NCBI GenBank assembly: GCA_024227135.1
Contig: JAAELC010000373.1
Location: forward strand, 4,162 to 68,161
DNA length: 64,000 nucleotides
Direction: 5' to 3'
Source: Gammaproteobacteria bacterium
GTDB lineage: Bacteria > Pseudomonadota > Gammaproteobacteria > Chromatiales > Chromatiaceae
Part shown: piece after piece, positions 17,815-27,423 of the stretch
Numbering within the stretch: the stretch's first letter is position 1
Layout of the letters: each line of letters opens with the position of its first letter
Position numbers and translations under genes: made by a program
The notes under the pieces: generated by a model
Seen by the model: only the letters and a program-made list of their open reading frames with translations
The model's database searches: none
What the model was told of the DNA's origin: nothing

Positions 17815-19869
17815 CTATAGTCTTCGTCGATACCACCAGATAAGAGCACCGGTCATCAGCAGGCTCAGGGGTAGTACAAGGAGGAAAATCAGACCAATGG
17901 TGGCTCCCCGGGAGGGTGACAGGTCAAGTTTCCGGTCATTGGCAACCCTGGGCGGGATATTGATCAGGTGCTCGTCCCGAACCAGCCATCTCACCAGATT
18001 CAGCCCCAGATCAAGGTTTCCACCGTTGCCCAGAAAACTGTTGGAGATAAAGTCACCATCACCGATAACCACTACCCGCTGCTGGCGATCCTCCCATTCC
18101 CGGGTGAACACCAGAGCGATGGACAAAGGTCCCCTGATTTCTCCTGCCTCCGGGTCACGGCTGACTTCACCAAAAACCGGCCCAGTCTCATTCCAACTGT
18201 TGGTCTGTGTGGTCAGCAATGGGGTAACTTTCCATTCCCCAGTCTCAATGGTGTCGAGAGCCATGGCCTGGGGATAGAGGGTTACCAGTTCGAACTGTGC
18301 GGTTGCCGGGTGCTTTGAATACTCGGTAACCAGCGCCAATGTGGGATCGTCCAGGCCCAGGGTGGCGGAATGGGTGTCCACAATCACACCGGGAAGAGTG
18401 AGCAGGCCCATGGCCATTGCGAGGGGTTCCAGTCTGTTGGATTCACCGGGATCCAATAACCAGAGCAGATTGCCACCTTGTTCAAGGTAATCCGACAGAA
18501 TCCGGGTTTCGTTCCGCAGATAGGCGTGCTGAGGACTGGCGATGGCGAGCAAGGAAGTGTTGGTGGGCAGTTGAGGGTTGGCGGAAAGATTGAGTGCCTG
18601 CACCTGATAACCCTTGCGTTTCAGATGATCACCAAACTGCCCCAGGTCATAGTTGGCCTTCCCATCGAGTTGCCGCTCCCCATGACCGGTCAGGTTGACG
18701 ATCCACCGGTCACCGCCAGCCAGCAAGCGTTGAATGGCATCTGCCAGGCTTTGTTCATCAATTTTTTGCAGCAGTTCACTGCGGCCCTGGTATTCAAGAC
18801 GTAGTTCACCAGACATCTTGATGCCCAGCTCCCTGATCAACGCGGGTTGTCGGGCGGGGTCGACGAACTCGAAAATGATATCGGGGCGGTTCCGGCGGTA
18901 ACGATCGATAATCACCCTAATCCGCTGCCTCATTCGGGTGTCGTCCGGCGTGAACGAGGTTATTTTCAATGGTGCTTCCAGTTTTTCCAGCAGTCGCAGG
19001 CTCGTCTGGGTCAGGCTGTTGCGGGCGGCATCTGACCAGTCCCAGACCTGGGTATGGCGGACATTTAGCATGCCGATTGAAATAACCGCGAACACCAGAA
19101 GTGGGTAAAACGACAATTTGATAAGGGTTGAAGGGGGGCTGGTACGCAGTGTTTCCAGACGTTTGATGGTCAGTGTCAGGAACAGTCCTGTGACCAGGAT
19201 AAAGTAGACCACATCACTGGTGACGATCAGTCCGCTGAACAGTCGATGGAGGTGATTCGATAATCCCAGGTGGGAAAGCCGGTCCCCCCCGGCTAGATCG
19301 ATGACCCATAACAACAACAATACGCCATAGCTGCTGACGGCCGCCACAGCGGGTTGCCGGGTGAGGCTGGAAAAGTAAAGACCAACCGCGGCGTAGAGGG
19401 CCACGGCCAGGAACAGTCCCAGTGTGCATGCTGCCAGGGTTCCCATATCTATCGATGATCCCATCGTCAGCACAGACAGGGGCATCAACAGAAACAATAA
19501 GAGCAGCAGTGACAGCAATGTCATCATCGCCAGGTATTTTCCCAGCACGATCCGGGCCGTGGAGACAGGTGCCGAGAGCAACAGACTGAAAGTGCCGTTG
19601 CTGAACTCGCGACTGAACAGGCCCATGCCGAGCAGTGGTACCAGCAGCATCAGTATGACCGCGGCGGTATCGAACTGAGGGACGACGATCAATGCCGTGA
19701 CCCCGGGGGCCTCGTGGAGTGCCGCAAGACGGGGCTGTAAGTTTAGGAAATCCTCTATCCGAAGCAGAAAAAGCCAGGCCAGCAGCAGCAGGGATACCGC
19801 CATGAGACACCAGGCAAAAGGTGATAGAAAAAGGTTTCTAAGTTCTTTTCCAGCAATGACCAGGGTCAT
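17815..19869 (-). CDS. Fused ABC-2 type permease (GldF-like) and GldG-like auxiliary domain
   Basis: 684 aa. The N-terminal ~240 aa form a polytopic ABC-2 permease (MTLVIAGKELRNLFLSPFAW). The C-terminal ~440 aa are GldG-like and end in a TM anchor. The start overlaps the ATPase stop as ATGA. Confidence 0.7.
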   Translation of the reverse strand: MTLVIAGKELRNLFLSPFAWCLMAVSLLLLAWLFLLRIEDFLNLQPRLAALHEAPGVTALIVVPQFDTAAVILMLLVPLLGMGLFSREFSNGTFSLLLSAPVSTARIVLGKYLAMMTLLSLLLLLFLLMPLSVLTMGSSIDMGTLAACTLGLFLAVALYAAVGLYFSSLTRQPAVAAVSSYGVLLLLWVIDLAGGDRLSHLGLSNHLHRLFSGLIVTSDVVYFILVTGLFLTLTIKRLETLRTSPPSTLIKLSFYPLLVFAVISIGMLNVRHTQVWDWSDAARNSLTQTSLRLLEKLEAPLKITSFTPDDTRMRQRIRVIIDRYRRNRPDIIFEFVDPARQPALIRELGIKMSGELRLEYQGRSELLQKIDEQSLADAIQRLLAGGDRWIVNLTGHGERQLDGKANYDLGQFGDHLKRKGYQVQALNLSANPQLPTNTSLLAIASPQHAYLRNETRILSDYLEQGGNLLWLLDPGESNRLEPLAMAMGLLTLPGVIVDTHSATLGLDDPTLALVTEYSKHPATAQFELVTLYPQAMALDTIETGEWKVTPLLTTQTNSWNETGPVFGEVSRDPEAGEIRGPLSIALVFTREWEDRQQRVVVIGDGDFISNSFLGNGGNLDLGLNLVRWLVRDEHLINIPPRVANDRKLDLSPSRGATIGLIFLLVLPLSLLMTGALIWWYRRRL

Positions 19870-20792
19870 GTGGAGGTGTCCCCCTGGGTTAATCGGATGA
19901 ACAGCTTCTCCAGGTCCGGCTGGCCCGAAACGAATTCTTCCAATCCCCAGCCATAGCCGATAATCTGCTCAGCGACAGCCCTTGTCTGAGTTGTTGGGTC
20001 AAGTGCAAGGTGGAAGCGGTTTTCACCCAGCGCCTGAACAGCGGTGACCCCGGGAAGTTTCTCCAGGTTCATGGTTGAAACCGGGTTTGACAGCTGAATG
20101 GTGAGCTGGCGATTTTCCGGTTGGGGTGGCGGGTTCAGGGGGATCATTGCGGCAAGCTGCCCCTCATTGAGTATCAGCACCCGGTCACAAATCGCTTTCA
20201 CTTCCTGCAGGATGTGAGTTGAAAGAATGATCCCCCGGTTTTGTCCCAACTCCCGGATCAACTCCCGAAACTCGAGTATCTGCTGGGGATCCAATCCATT
20301 GGTCGGTTCGTCCAGAATGATGGATGCAGGATCGTGAATGATGGCCTGGGCAATGCCCAGTCGCTGCCGATAGCCCTTGGACAGATTACCCGATAGTCGT
20401 TTTCCACAGCTGGCCAGACCACAGCGGGCTTTGGTTTTTTCCAGTGTTTTATGGAGTGCATGTTTTTCCACACCCCGGAGGCGGGCGCAAAATATCAGAT
20501 ACTCGTCCACGGTCATATCGAGATACAGGGGTGGGCGTTCCGGAAGGTAGCCCATTGACCGCTTTGCCTCCAGCGGTTGTTCACCCAGGTCGATTCCATT
20601 TAGTCGGATGCTGCCGCTACTCGGTACCAGGGTACCGCTGAGCATTCGCATCGTGGTGGATTTACCCGCGCCATTTGGTCCCAGCAACCCGAGGATTTCG
20701 CCACTTCGCAAAGTGCAATCGATACCGTTAACGGCGCAGTGCTCTCCGAAGTATCGATGAAGACTGACAGCTTCGATCAGTGGACGTGTCAT
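19866..20792 (-). CDS. ABC transporter ATP-binding protein (ABC-2 / GldA-like)
   Basis: Walker A GPNGAGKST, signature LSKGYRQRL and Walker B IILDEPTNGLD. Confidence 0.85.
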   Translation of the reverse strand: MTRPLIEAVSLHRYFGEHCAVNGIDCTLRSGEILGLLGPNGAGKSTTMRMLSGTLVPSSGSIRLNGIDLGEQPLEAKRSMGYLPERPPLYLDMTVDEYLIFCARLRGVEKHALHKTLEKTKARCGLASCGKRLSGNLSKGYRQRLGIAQAIIHDPASIILDEPTNGLDPQQILEFRELIRELGQNRGIILSTHILQEVKAICDRVLILNEGQLAAMIPLNPPPQPENRQLTIQLSNPVSTMNLEKLPGVTAVQALGENRFHLALDPTTQTRAVAEQIIGYGWGLEEFVSGQPDLEKLFIRLTQGDTST

Positions 20793-20831
20793 AGGGAACC
20801 CGTGCAGCTATTTTCCTGTTCAAATGCCCTT

Positions 20832-22598
20832 TCAGGATGACTGGGCAGGCCAGGAATTCCGGGTATGGGATATCCGGGAAAGCTCTACCGCGGTTTCAGC
20901 GTCATCGAGCCTGGATAAGAGGTGGGATACCTGGCCGGACAGTTTTTCCGAATCCAATGTGCGGATGGTTTTTTTAACTTCCAGCAGCGCGCCGGGCTGC
21001 ATACTGAATTCCCGCAGGCCCATTCCCAGTAACAGGGGCAGAAAGAGGGGGTCTCCTGCCATTTCGCCGCACATGCTGACTGGCACCTGATGACGCTCAC
21101 CGGCATCGAGTATCATTTTGATCAGGCGCAATACAGAGGGATGCAGAGGGTCGTAAAGATAGTTGACCTCGTCATCGACACGGTCGATAGCCAGTGTGTA
21201 CTGGATCAGGTCGTTAGTGCCGATGGAAATGAAATCCAGTTCCTTGGCGAATGCGCCAGCGGCCAGAGCGGCAGCGGGTACTTCGATCATGCCCCCGATA
21301 GGGACCGGCTCACCGATGGACACACCTTGGCGGGTCAGGGACATTCTGGCCTCTTCGATCATCGCCTTGAGTTGATAGACCTCCCATAGATTGCACAGCA
21401 TCGGGATCATGATGCGTACCGGACCATGAGCAGCCACCCGTAGGATGGCGCGTAACTGAGGGTAGAACAGCTCCGGTTTTTTAAGGCACAACCGGATTGC
21501 GCGCAGTCCCAGTGCGGGATTGCAGACCGAGCTTTCCGGGTTCAAATGGGAACTGTAGAATTGCTTGTCCGCTCCCAGGTCCAGTGTTCGTATCGTTACC
21601 GGAATCCCGTCAAGACCTTCGACAACTCGCAGATAAGCCTGATAGTGTTCCTCCTCGTCGGGAGGGCTGTTTCGGTTTACAAACAGGTACTCGGTTCGAT
21701 ACAGCCCGACCCCATCGGCACCGATTTCCCGGGTGGCATCGATATCTTCCGGCAGTTCGATATTGGCCATCAGGCAGATCGCCGTTCCGTCGATGGTAAC
21801 GGAAGGTTCGCCAATCAGTCGTTGCAGCGACCGGGCATGTTGCCGCTCGACTTCTATCCGATGTCGGTAGTGGCTCAGCGTGCCTTCGTCTGCTGCTACC
21901 AGTACCATGCCTTTTTCCCCATCGACGATCGTCAGTTCGCCATTGTGCAGATGACGGGTGGCATGGTGTACGCCGACGACTGCGGGTATACCCAGACTAC
22001 GAGCCAGGATGGCGGTGTGGGACATGGGGCCGCCGGATTCGGTGACAAACGCCGCGATACCCAGGTGGCGCATAAGAATAGTATCGGCGGGGGTCAGATC
22101 CTGGGCTAGTATGATTTTACCCTGGAGGTCTTCGTTTTCCTCCTCTTCCACTTCCTGGCGCAGGGCTTGTTGTATCTGGTTGACCGCATGATCAACGTCG
22201 TCCTTGCGGGTTCTCAGGTAAGTGTCCTCCATTTCATCGAACATCTGTACCAGCATATCTCTTTGCAACTGCAGCGCCCATTCGGCACCGCAACATTTTT
22301 CTTTTATGTGTTCAATGGGCATTTCCACCAGCGCGGCATCGTTGAGTATCAACATGTGGGTGTCGATGAAAGCCACGATATCCGAGTGGGTGTTATTGGG
22401 AATCTTGTTCCTAACGGAACGTAATTGACGCCTGGCGATGGAAACTGCCTGACAAAACCGATCGACCTCGTCAGGAATACTGGCTGCATCGATAAACCGG
22501 GGAGTGATCTCCACGCAACCCCGTTGCAGCAGATGCACTTCACCGATAGCGATGCCACGGGTTGTACCGATCGCGATGCCGGTACAGCAAATGGTCAC
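20832..22598 (-). CDS. ptsI: Phosphoenolpyruvate-protein phosphotransferase (PTS Enzyme I) without an N-terminal GAF domain
   Basis: 588 aa with phosphohistidine region SGGPMSHTAILARSLGIPAVVG, PEP-utilising C-terminal motifs (GIGTNDLIQY-like FISIGTNDLIQYT) and a catalytic CGEMAGDP. It overlaps the HPr gene as ATGA. Confidence 0.9.
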   Translation of the reverse strand: MTICCTGIAIGTTRGIAIGEVHLLQRGCVEITPRFIDAASIPDEVDRFCQAVSIARRQLRSVRNKIPNNTHSDIVAFIDTHMLILNDAALVEMPIEHIKEKCCGAEWALQLQRDMLVQMFDEMEDTYLRTRKDDVDHAVNQIQQALRQEVEEEENEDLQGKIILAQDLTPADTILMRHLGIAAFVTESGGPMSHTAILARSLGIPAVVGVHHATRHLHNGELTIVDGEKGMVLVAADEGTLSHYRHRIEVERQHARSLQRLIGEPSVTIDGTAICLMANIELPEDIDATREIGADGVGLYRTEYLFVNRNSPPDEEEHYQAYLRVVEGLDGIPVTIRTLDLGADKQFYSSHLNPESSVCNPALGLRAIRLCLKKPELFYPQLRAILRVAAHGPVRIMIPMLCNLWEVYQLKAMIEEARMSLTRQGVSIGEPVPIGGMIEVPAAALAAGAFAKELDFISIGTNDLIQYTLAIDRVDDEVNYLYDPLHPSVLRLIKMILDAGERHQVPVSMCGEMAGDPLFLPLLLGMGLREFSMQPGALLEVKKTIRTLDSEKLSGQVSHLLSRLDDAETAVELSRISHTRNSWPAQSS

Positions 22599-22864
22599 TC
22601 CTGTTCCCCAAATCGGGATTTAACCAGATCTTCCAGTGCCTCCAATGCGTCGGCTTCGTCCCCGCCGTCTGCGATCAACTCGAGGCTGGTTCCCTGGCCT
22701 ACGGCCAGCATCATTACGCTCATGATGCTTTTTCCGTTGACCTTTTGATCATTTCGAACCAGTTGTATGTCGCTTTCATAGCGACTGGCGAGGGTAACAA
22801 ATTTGGCGGCGGCCCTGGCATGAAGGCCAAGTTTGTTGATGATGTCGATTTCCCTGCTGATCAT
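22595..22864 (-). CDS. ptsO: HPr-family phosphocarrier protein (NPr)
   Basis: 89 aa with the active-site His in NKLGLHARAAAKF. It lies between rapZ and EI and overlaps both by 4 bp. Confidence 0.88.
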   Translation of the reverse strand: MISREIDIINKLGLHARAAAKFVTLASRYESDIQLVRNDQKVNGKSIMSVMMLAVGQGTSLELIADGGDEADALEALEDLVKSRFGEQE

Positions 22865-23730
22865 GTCAATTCACGGTGGCGGGATAGTATTTTAAGGCCG
22901 CTGGTACGAAAGTGGGCTGAAATTTCTTCTACCATGTAAACGGAACGGTGCTGCCCCCCGGTACATCCGATGGCTATCGTCAGATAGCTGCGTCCGTCAG
23001 CCTCGAAACAGGGTATCCAGCGTTCGAGAAACTCGATGACGTCGGCTTTGAATTGCCTTACGTTACTATCCTGTTCCAGAAATCGAGCTACCTCGGGGTC
23101 TCTTCCCGTGAGTGGTCTGAGTTCATTTTGCCAATGGGGGTTGGGCAGGCAGCGCACGTCGTACACAAAATCCGCGTCCCGGGGCATACCGTGTTTGAAA
23201 CCGAAGGATTGAAACTGGAGCGAAATCTCCGGTCCGGCCTGCTCGCTGACTTTAGAGCGGATTATGTCCCGCAGTTGATGCAGATTGGTGTGGGTCGTAT
23301 CGACCTGAAGCGTTGCCTTATCAAGAAAGGGTTTGAGGATTTTTCTCTCGAGTTCAATGGCTTCGGTCAAGGGGTGTTCATCGTCGGAGAGCGGGTGCTT
23401 GCGCCGGGTTTCGCTGAAGCGTTTGATCAGCGTGTCGTCTTTGGCATCGAGGAAAATAATTCGATAGTCGACTCCTTTTGACCGGAGCGTATCCAGCAAG
23501 TACGTGATGTCACCGAAATCAGAGGACCTATCTCTGGCGTCTATTCCTACTGCACTAAGTCTATAGCGTTGATCTCTGCTGGGTACCAGCGCTTCGGTAA
23601 AGGAAGCCAACAAGAACCCGGGAAGATTATCGATGCAGTAGTATCCGATATCCTCCAGCGTATTGAGGGCAACACTTTTACCTGATCCAGAGAGACCGGT
23701 GACGATGATGAGTTTTATTGGGTCTGCCAC
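22861..23730 (-). CDS. rapZ: RNase adapter protein RapZ (YhbJ)
   Basis: P-loop GLSGSGKSVALNTLEDIGYYCIDNLP and a C-terminal CTGGQHRSV motif. Confidence 0.92.
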   Translation of the reverse strand: MADPIKLIIVTGLSGSGKSVALNTLEDIGYYCIDNLPGFLLASFTEALVPSRDQRYRLSAVGIDARDRSSDFGDITYLLDTLRSKGVDYRIIFLDAKDDTLIKRFSETRRKHPLSDDEHPLTEAIELERKILKPFLDKATLQVDTTHTNLHQLRDIIRSKVSEQAGPEISLQFQSFGFKHGMPRDADFVYDVRCLPNPHWQNELRPLTGRDPEVARFLEQDSNVRQFKADVIEFLERWIPCFEADGRSYLTIAIGCTGGQHRSVYMVEEISAHFRTSGLKILSRHRELT

Positions 23731-23800
23731 CAGATTACCCGCTGTTGCCGATGATGGAGGGAGAGGTGGCGAGCATAGTTTTCATGGGTACATGAATGGG

Positions 23801-24253
23801 TTATCTGACACTCGTGAGTTGGGCGAGAATCAATTCTTCGCTCTTTATCTGCCTCAGCTTGTTACAGAAGGCCATGTTGCCGAACAGTGTTGCCAGTTTT
23901 GCCAGTAGATCCAGATGCTCCTGCGTCGCTTGTTCAGGGACGATGAGTCCAAAAGCAAGGTCTACCGGCTGGTTGTCGATGGCATCGAACTGAATCCCCT
24001 CCTGCAGTTGTATGAACGCACCCAGTGCATTGTCTATCCCGGGTATTCGGGCATGGGGCAGGGCGATTCCCTGTCCCAGTCCGGTGCTACCCAGTCGCTC
24101 TCTCTCGAGGAGCTTGTTAACTATTCTCTGGGCATCCATTTTTGGAATAGAAGAGGCGAGTAGTCCTCCCAGTTCTTCCAAAACCCGTTTTTTGCTGGCG
24201 GCTTTGCTCTGGCAGACTATGCGGCCGGCGATGAGAAAGTGCGCGGGAAACAT
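23801..24253 (-). CDS. ptsN: PTS-Ntr EIIA component PtsN
   Basis: The track ORF runs to 24451. The internal ATG at 24253 gives 150 aa. The PTS EIIA-2 phosphorylation site GIALPHARI is present. Confidence 0.88.
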   Translation of the reverse strand: MFPAHFLIAGRIVCQSKAASKKRVLEELGGLLASSIPKMDAQRIVNKLLERERLGSTGLGQGIALPHARIPGIDNALGAFIQLQEGIQFDAIDNQPVDLAFGLIVPEQATQEHLDLLAKLATLFGNMAFCNKLRQIKSEELILAQLTSVR

Positions 24254-24343
24254 TTTTTTTCCAGTGTATCTGTTTGTTACTGTACTGTTGCCATGTGTCA
24301 GATGCAGTGGACCAGGCAATTTATTGGGAGTTCCTGCCGGGAA

Positions 24344-24508
24344 CGAGCCAAGGGCTGCGAAAACAATGAACCGCCCGGCCCTGCTTGTCTCCTGGACCAG
24401 CTTCCGCGTTGTGGGAAAGGGTACACGGAACGGCTGTGCACCCCTTTCCACCCCTCGTATCTGAACCAGAATTCAACACAATTACCGGACATCCATTAAT
24501 TTCCGTGG
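24344..24508 (-). repeat. Intergenic structured repeat element, copy A (hpf-ptsN spacer)
   Basis: By eye the minus-strand sequence is roughly 75-80% identical over about 165 nt to 36659..36827 on the plus strand. Shared blocks are TGGTTCAGAT, GTGGAAAGGGG, CCACAACGCGGAA and TTTTC.GC.GCCCT. A central ~41-nt hairpin is GTGGAAAGGGGTGCAC...GTGTACCCTTTCCCAC. Confidence 0.8.
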
Positions 24509-24666
24509 CCCTAAATGGCAATCAATGACAGCAAGTTATCGAAGGTACGATGGGAAGTGGGGTGTTTCTCCCCGACCTGATTCCATAGTAGTTCGTTTCC
24601 AGCAGTTTTTCTTTCCATTTCTATCGACTATTGCGGCTTGATGAATGGTCCGCACTTAATACCCGA

Positions 24667-24996
24667 TTAGTTTTCCACGGTGTCCATGCCCTTGGGCAGG
24701 GCACCGCTGCGATGGTTGGTGTGTTTTTCCTTATGCTTTTTGACTTGCCGATCAATCTTGTCCACCAGTCCATCGATTGCGGCATACATATCCTCTTCTT
24801 CGCACTCGGCAAATACGTCAGTTCCGTTCAGATGAAGAGATGCCTCTGCCTTCTGACGCAGTTTTTCTACACTTAGAATGACGTGGACATTGGTCACATG
24901 GTCGAAATGACGCTCCAGGCGTTCGAACTTGGAATTCACGTAGCTTCTTAGTGCTTCGGTGATGTCCACATGGTGACCGGTAAGGCTGATTTGCAT
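24667..24996 (-). CDS. hpf: Ribosome hibernation promoting factor (short HPF/YhbH type)
   Basis: 109 aa starting MQISLTGHHVDITEALRSYVNSKFERLERHFD. It lies 23 bp after the rpoN stop. Confidence 0.92.
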   Translation of the reverse strand: MQISLTGHHVDITEALRSYVNSKFERLERHFDHVTNVHVILSVEKLRQKAEASLHLNGTDVFAECEEEDMYAAIDGLVDKIDRQVKKHKEKHTNHRSGALPKGMDTVEN

Positions 24997-25019
24997 GGTA
25001 TGCTCCTTTTGGCTGGCCT

Positions 25020-26516
25020 CTAGATGAGGCGCTTTCGCTCATTAGATGGCGGAATCGCCATCGATTCGCGGTACTTTGCTACTGTTCTGCGCGCCACTTT
25101 GATTCCCTGGTCGGCGAGTATTCCTGCCAGTTTGTTGTCACTTAACGGTTTCTCCGGTTTTTCCGCTGCAATCAGTTTCTTTATCAGTGCACGGATTGCA
25201 ATGGCAGAGCACTCTCCGCCGGTCGTGGTCCCAACGTGGCTGGAGAAAAAATATTTGAATTCGAACGTGCCACGAGGAGTGTGCATGTACTTTTGAGTGG
25301 TGACGCGGGAGATCGTCGACTCATGCATGTCGAGGGCTTCCGCGATATCTCTCAGTACCAGTGGTCGCATTGCTTCCGGTCCGTGCTCGAAGAATCCGCG
25401 TTGGAATTCGGTAATTTTAGTGGCCACTCTGAGCAGTGTCACGTTACGGCTGATCAGGCTTTTGATGAACCACCGGGCTTCCTGCATGTGGTTCTTGAGG
25501 TAGTTGTTATCGTTGCTGTTGTCTGCACGTCTTATCAGGCTTGCATATTCCGGGTTGATTCGCAGACGGGGGGTGGAGTCCGGATTCAGGTCCACATGCC
25601 AGTTTCCTTCGCGCTTGGTGACGAAGACATCCGGCACGATGTATTCCGGTTCTGATTCCGCGACCAGTGATCCAGGACGCGGAGCCATTGAGCGGATAAG
25701 TTTCGTGACTTCCGCCAGTTTGGTATCGTTGATTTTGAGGCGCCGCTTGATCTGGACATGATCCTGCTGGGCAAGCAGCTCGAAATGGTCGCCTACCAAC
25801 TTGATCGCCAGCTCCAGGGCGGGCTGGGGCCGGCATTGCTTGAGCTGCAGTAACAGGCATTCCCGTGGGTCCCGGGCACCCACACCCGGAGGTTCGAATT
25901 GCTGGATTCTGTGCAGAACCGCCTCGACCTCCTCTACGCCCAGGTTTTCCTCATCCAATCCGTGGAGGATATCTTCAAGACTGGCTTTCAGGTAGCCATC
26001 CTCATCGATACCGTCGATGATCGCTGTTGCGATCAGGTGGTCGGAATCACCGAATGGCGTGAGATTAAGTTGCCAGACCAGGTAATCGTAGAGGGACCTT
26101 GTGGTGCGTCGTTGGGTTAGAAAATCGTTGTCGGGCCGGTCGTTGCTGCTGGCGCCGGAGCTTGGGGGCAATGTGCTGTCGTAAACATCATCCCACCCGC
26201 TGTCCACGCCTAGTTCTTCCGGGATGGTGTTCGGCTCGGCAGCCAGTTCAGTTTCGTTGTTGGTGTCGTTTTGAGGACTTACGGCTTCATTATCCCCGGA
26301 ATTGCCTGACTCCTGGGTCGATTGCTGATTGGCACCATTGAGCTCTTCCCTGGTGTTTCCCTCCTCTTCCGTCTCCAGCATCGTGTTGGAGTCCAGCGCC
26401 TCCTGAATTTCATTTTTCAACTCCAGAGTGGACAGCTGCAGCAGACGTATCGCCTGCTGCAGCTGCGGAGTCATTGTCAGGTGTTGCCCGAGGCGAAGCT
26501 GTAGTGACTGCTTCAT
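25020..26516 (-). CDS. rpoN: RNA polymerase sigma-54 factor
   Basis: 498 aa with N-terminus LQLRLGQHLTMTPQLQQAIRLLQLS. The C-terminal region contains the RpoN box ARRTVAKYR. Confidence 0.96.
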   Translation of the reverse strand: MKQSLQLRLGQHLTMTPQLQQAIRLLQLSTLELKNEIQEALDSNTMLETEEEGNTREELNGANQQSTQESGNSGDNEAVSPQNDTNNETELAAEPNTIPEELGVDSGWDDVYDSTLPPSSGASSNDRPDNDFLTQRRTTRSLYDYLVWQLNLTPFGDSDHLIATAIIDGIDEDGYLKASLEDILHGLDEENLGVEEVEAVLHRIQQFEPPGVGARDPRECLLLQLKQCRPQPALELAIKLVGDHFELLAQQDHVQIKRRLKINDTKLAEVTKLIRSMAPRPGSLVAESEPEYIVPDVFVTKREGNWHVDLNPDSTPRLRINPEYASLIRRADNSNDNNYLKNHMQEARWFIKSLISRNVTLLRVATKITEFQRGFFEHGPEAMRPLVLRDIAEALDMHESTISRVTTQKYMHTPRGTFEFKYFFSSHVGTTTGGECSAIAIRALIKKLIAAEKPEKPLSDNKLAGILADQGIKVARRTVAKYRESMAIPPSNERKRLI

Positions 26517-26661
26517 GCAGGATTAACGGTCGATTGCCAATAGGTCATAGTGTCTATCATTTTACTTTATTAACTATTTTAGCTGAATTTCCAGCTTGGG
26601 TATAGAAATTGCATCGCGAATAGATTTACTATTTTGAGCCAGGGCAACCGGAAGCAGATCA

Positions 26662-27387
26662 TTACAGACTGAATCCCTGGCCGAGGTAGACCGAACGGAC
26701 TTCCTGATTACCGAGTATCTCATCCGGATCGCCTTCGGTCAGAACACGCCCTTCATGGATAATATAGGCGCGACTGCAGATTCCCAGAGTCTCCCGTACA
26801 TTGTGGTCGGTAATCAATACGCCGATTTTCCGGGAACTCAATTCCCGAATGATATTCTGGATATCATGTACCGAAATCGGATCGATTCCGGCAAAAGGTT
26901 CATCCAGCAGGATAAATCGGGGCTCAAGTGCCAGGGATCGGGCAATTTCCAACCTCCTTCGTTCCCCACCGGATAGTGCCATGGCAAGATTGTCCCGCAA
27001 ATGGGTAAGCCCGAAGTCGTGCAGCAGTGTTTCGCAGATTTCGGATTGCTGTTGGCTGGTCAGCGCGCTTTGGGTTTCAAGAATAGCCAGAACGTTATCG
27101 CGGACACTCAGTTTGCGGAATACAGAGGGTTCCTGGGCAAGATACCCCATTCCCAGGCGAGCCCGGGTGTGCATGGGCAGGGCGGTGATATCTTTGTCAT
27201 CTATGCTGATTCCACCTTTCTCGGATGGAATCAGCCCGGCTATCATGTAAAAACAGGTAGTCTTACCTGCACCATTGGGTCCCAGCAGTCCCACTACTTC
27301 ACCGCTGTTGACTTCCAGTGATACGCCGTTGACCACTGCTCTGCCGCGGTAGTGTTTTTCCAGTTTCTGGGCACTGAGAATACTCAT
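26662..27387 (-). CDS. lptB: LPS export ABC transporter ATP-binding protein LptB
   Basis: 241 aa with Walker A GPNGAGKTT, signature LSGGERRRL and Walker B ILLDEPFAGIDP. It sits in the lptCAB context. Confidence 0.93.
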   Translation of the reverse strand: MSILSAQKLEKHYRGRAVVNGVSLEVNSGEVVGLLGPNGAGKTTCFYMIAGLIPSEKGGISIDDKDITALPMHTRARLGMGYLAQEPSVFRKLSVRDNVLAILETQSALTSQQQSEICETLLHDFGLTHLRDNLAMALSGGERRRLEIARSLALEPRFILLDEPFAGIDPISVHDIQNIIRELSSRKIGVLITDHNVRETLGICSRAYIIHEGRVLTEGDPDEILGNQEVRSVYLGQGFSL

Positions 27388-27423
27388 ATTGGTTCCTGCT
27401 GATCCGGTAGTACCGACCTTTTC

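Noticed and set aside
26597-26613. A sigma-54-like GG-N10-GC motif (TGGGTATAGAAATTGCA) in the lptB-rpoN spacer.
   Set aside because: It is on the plus strand, pointing antisense into lptB, with no downstream gene, and the -24 box is imperfect. It is most likely a chance match in AT-rich spacer.
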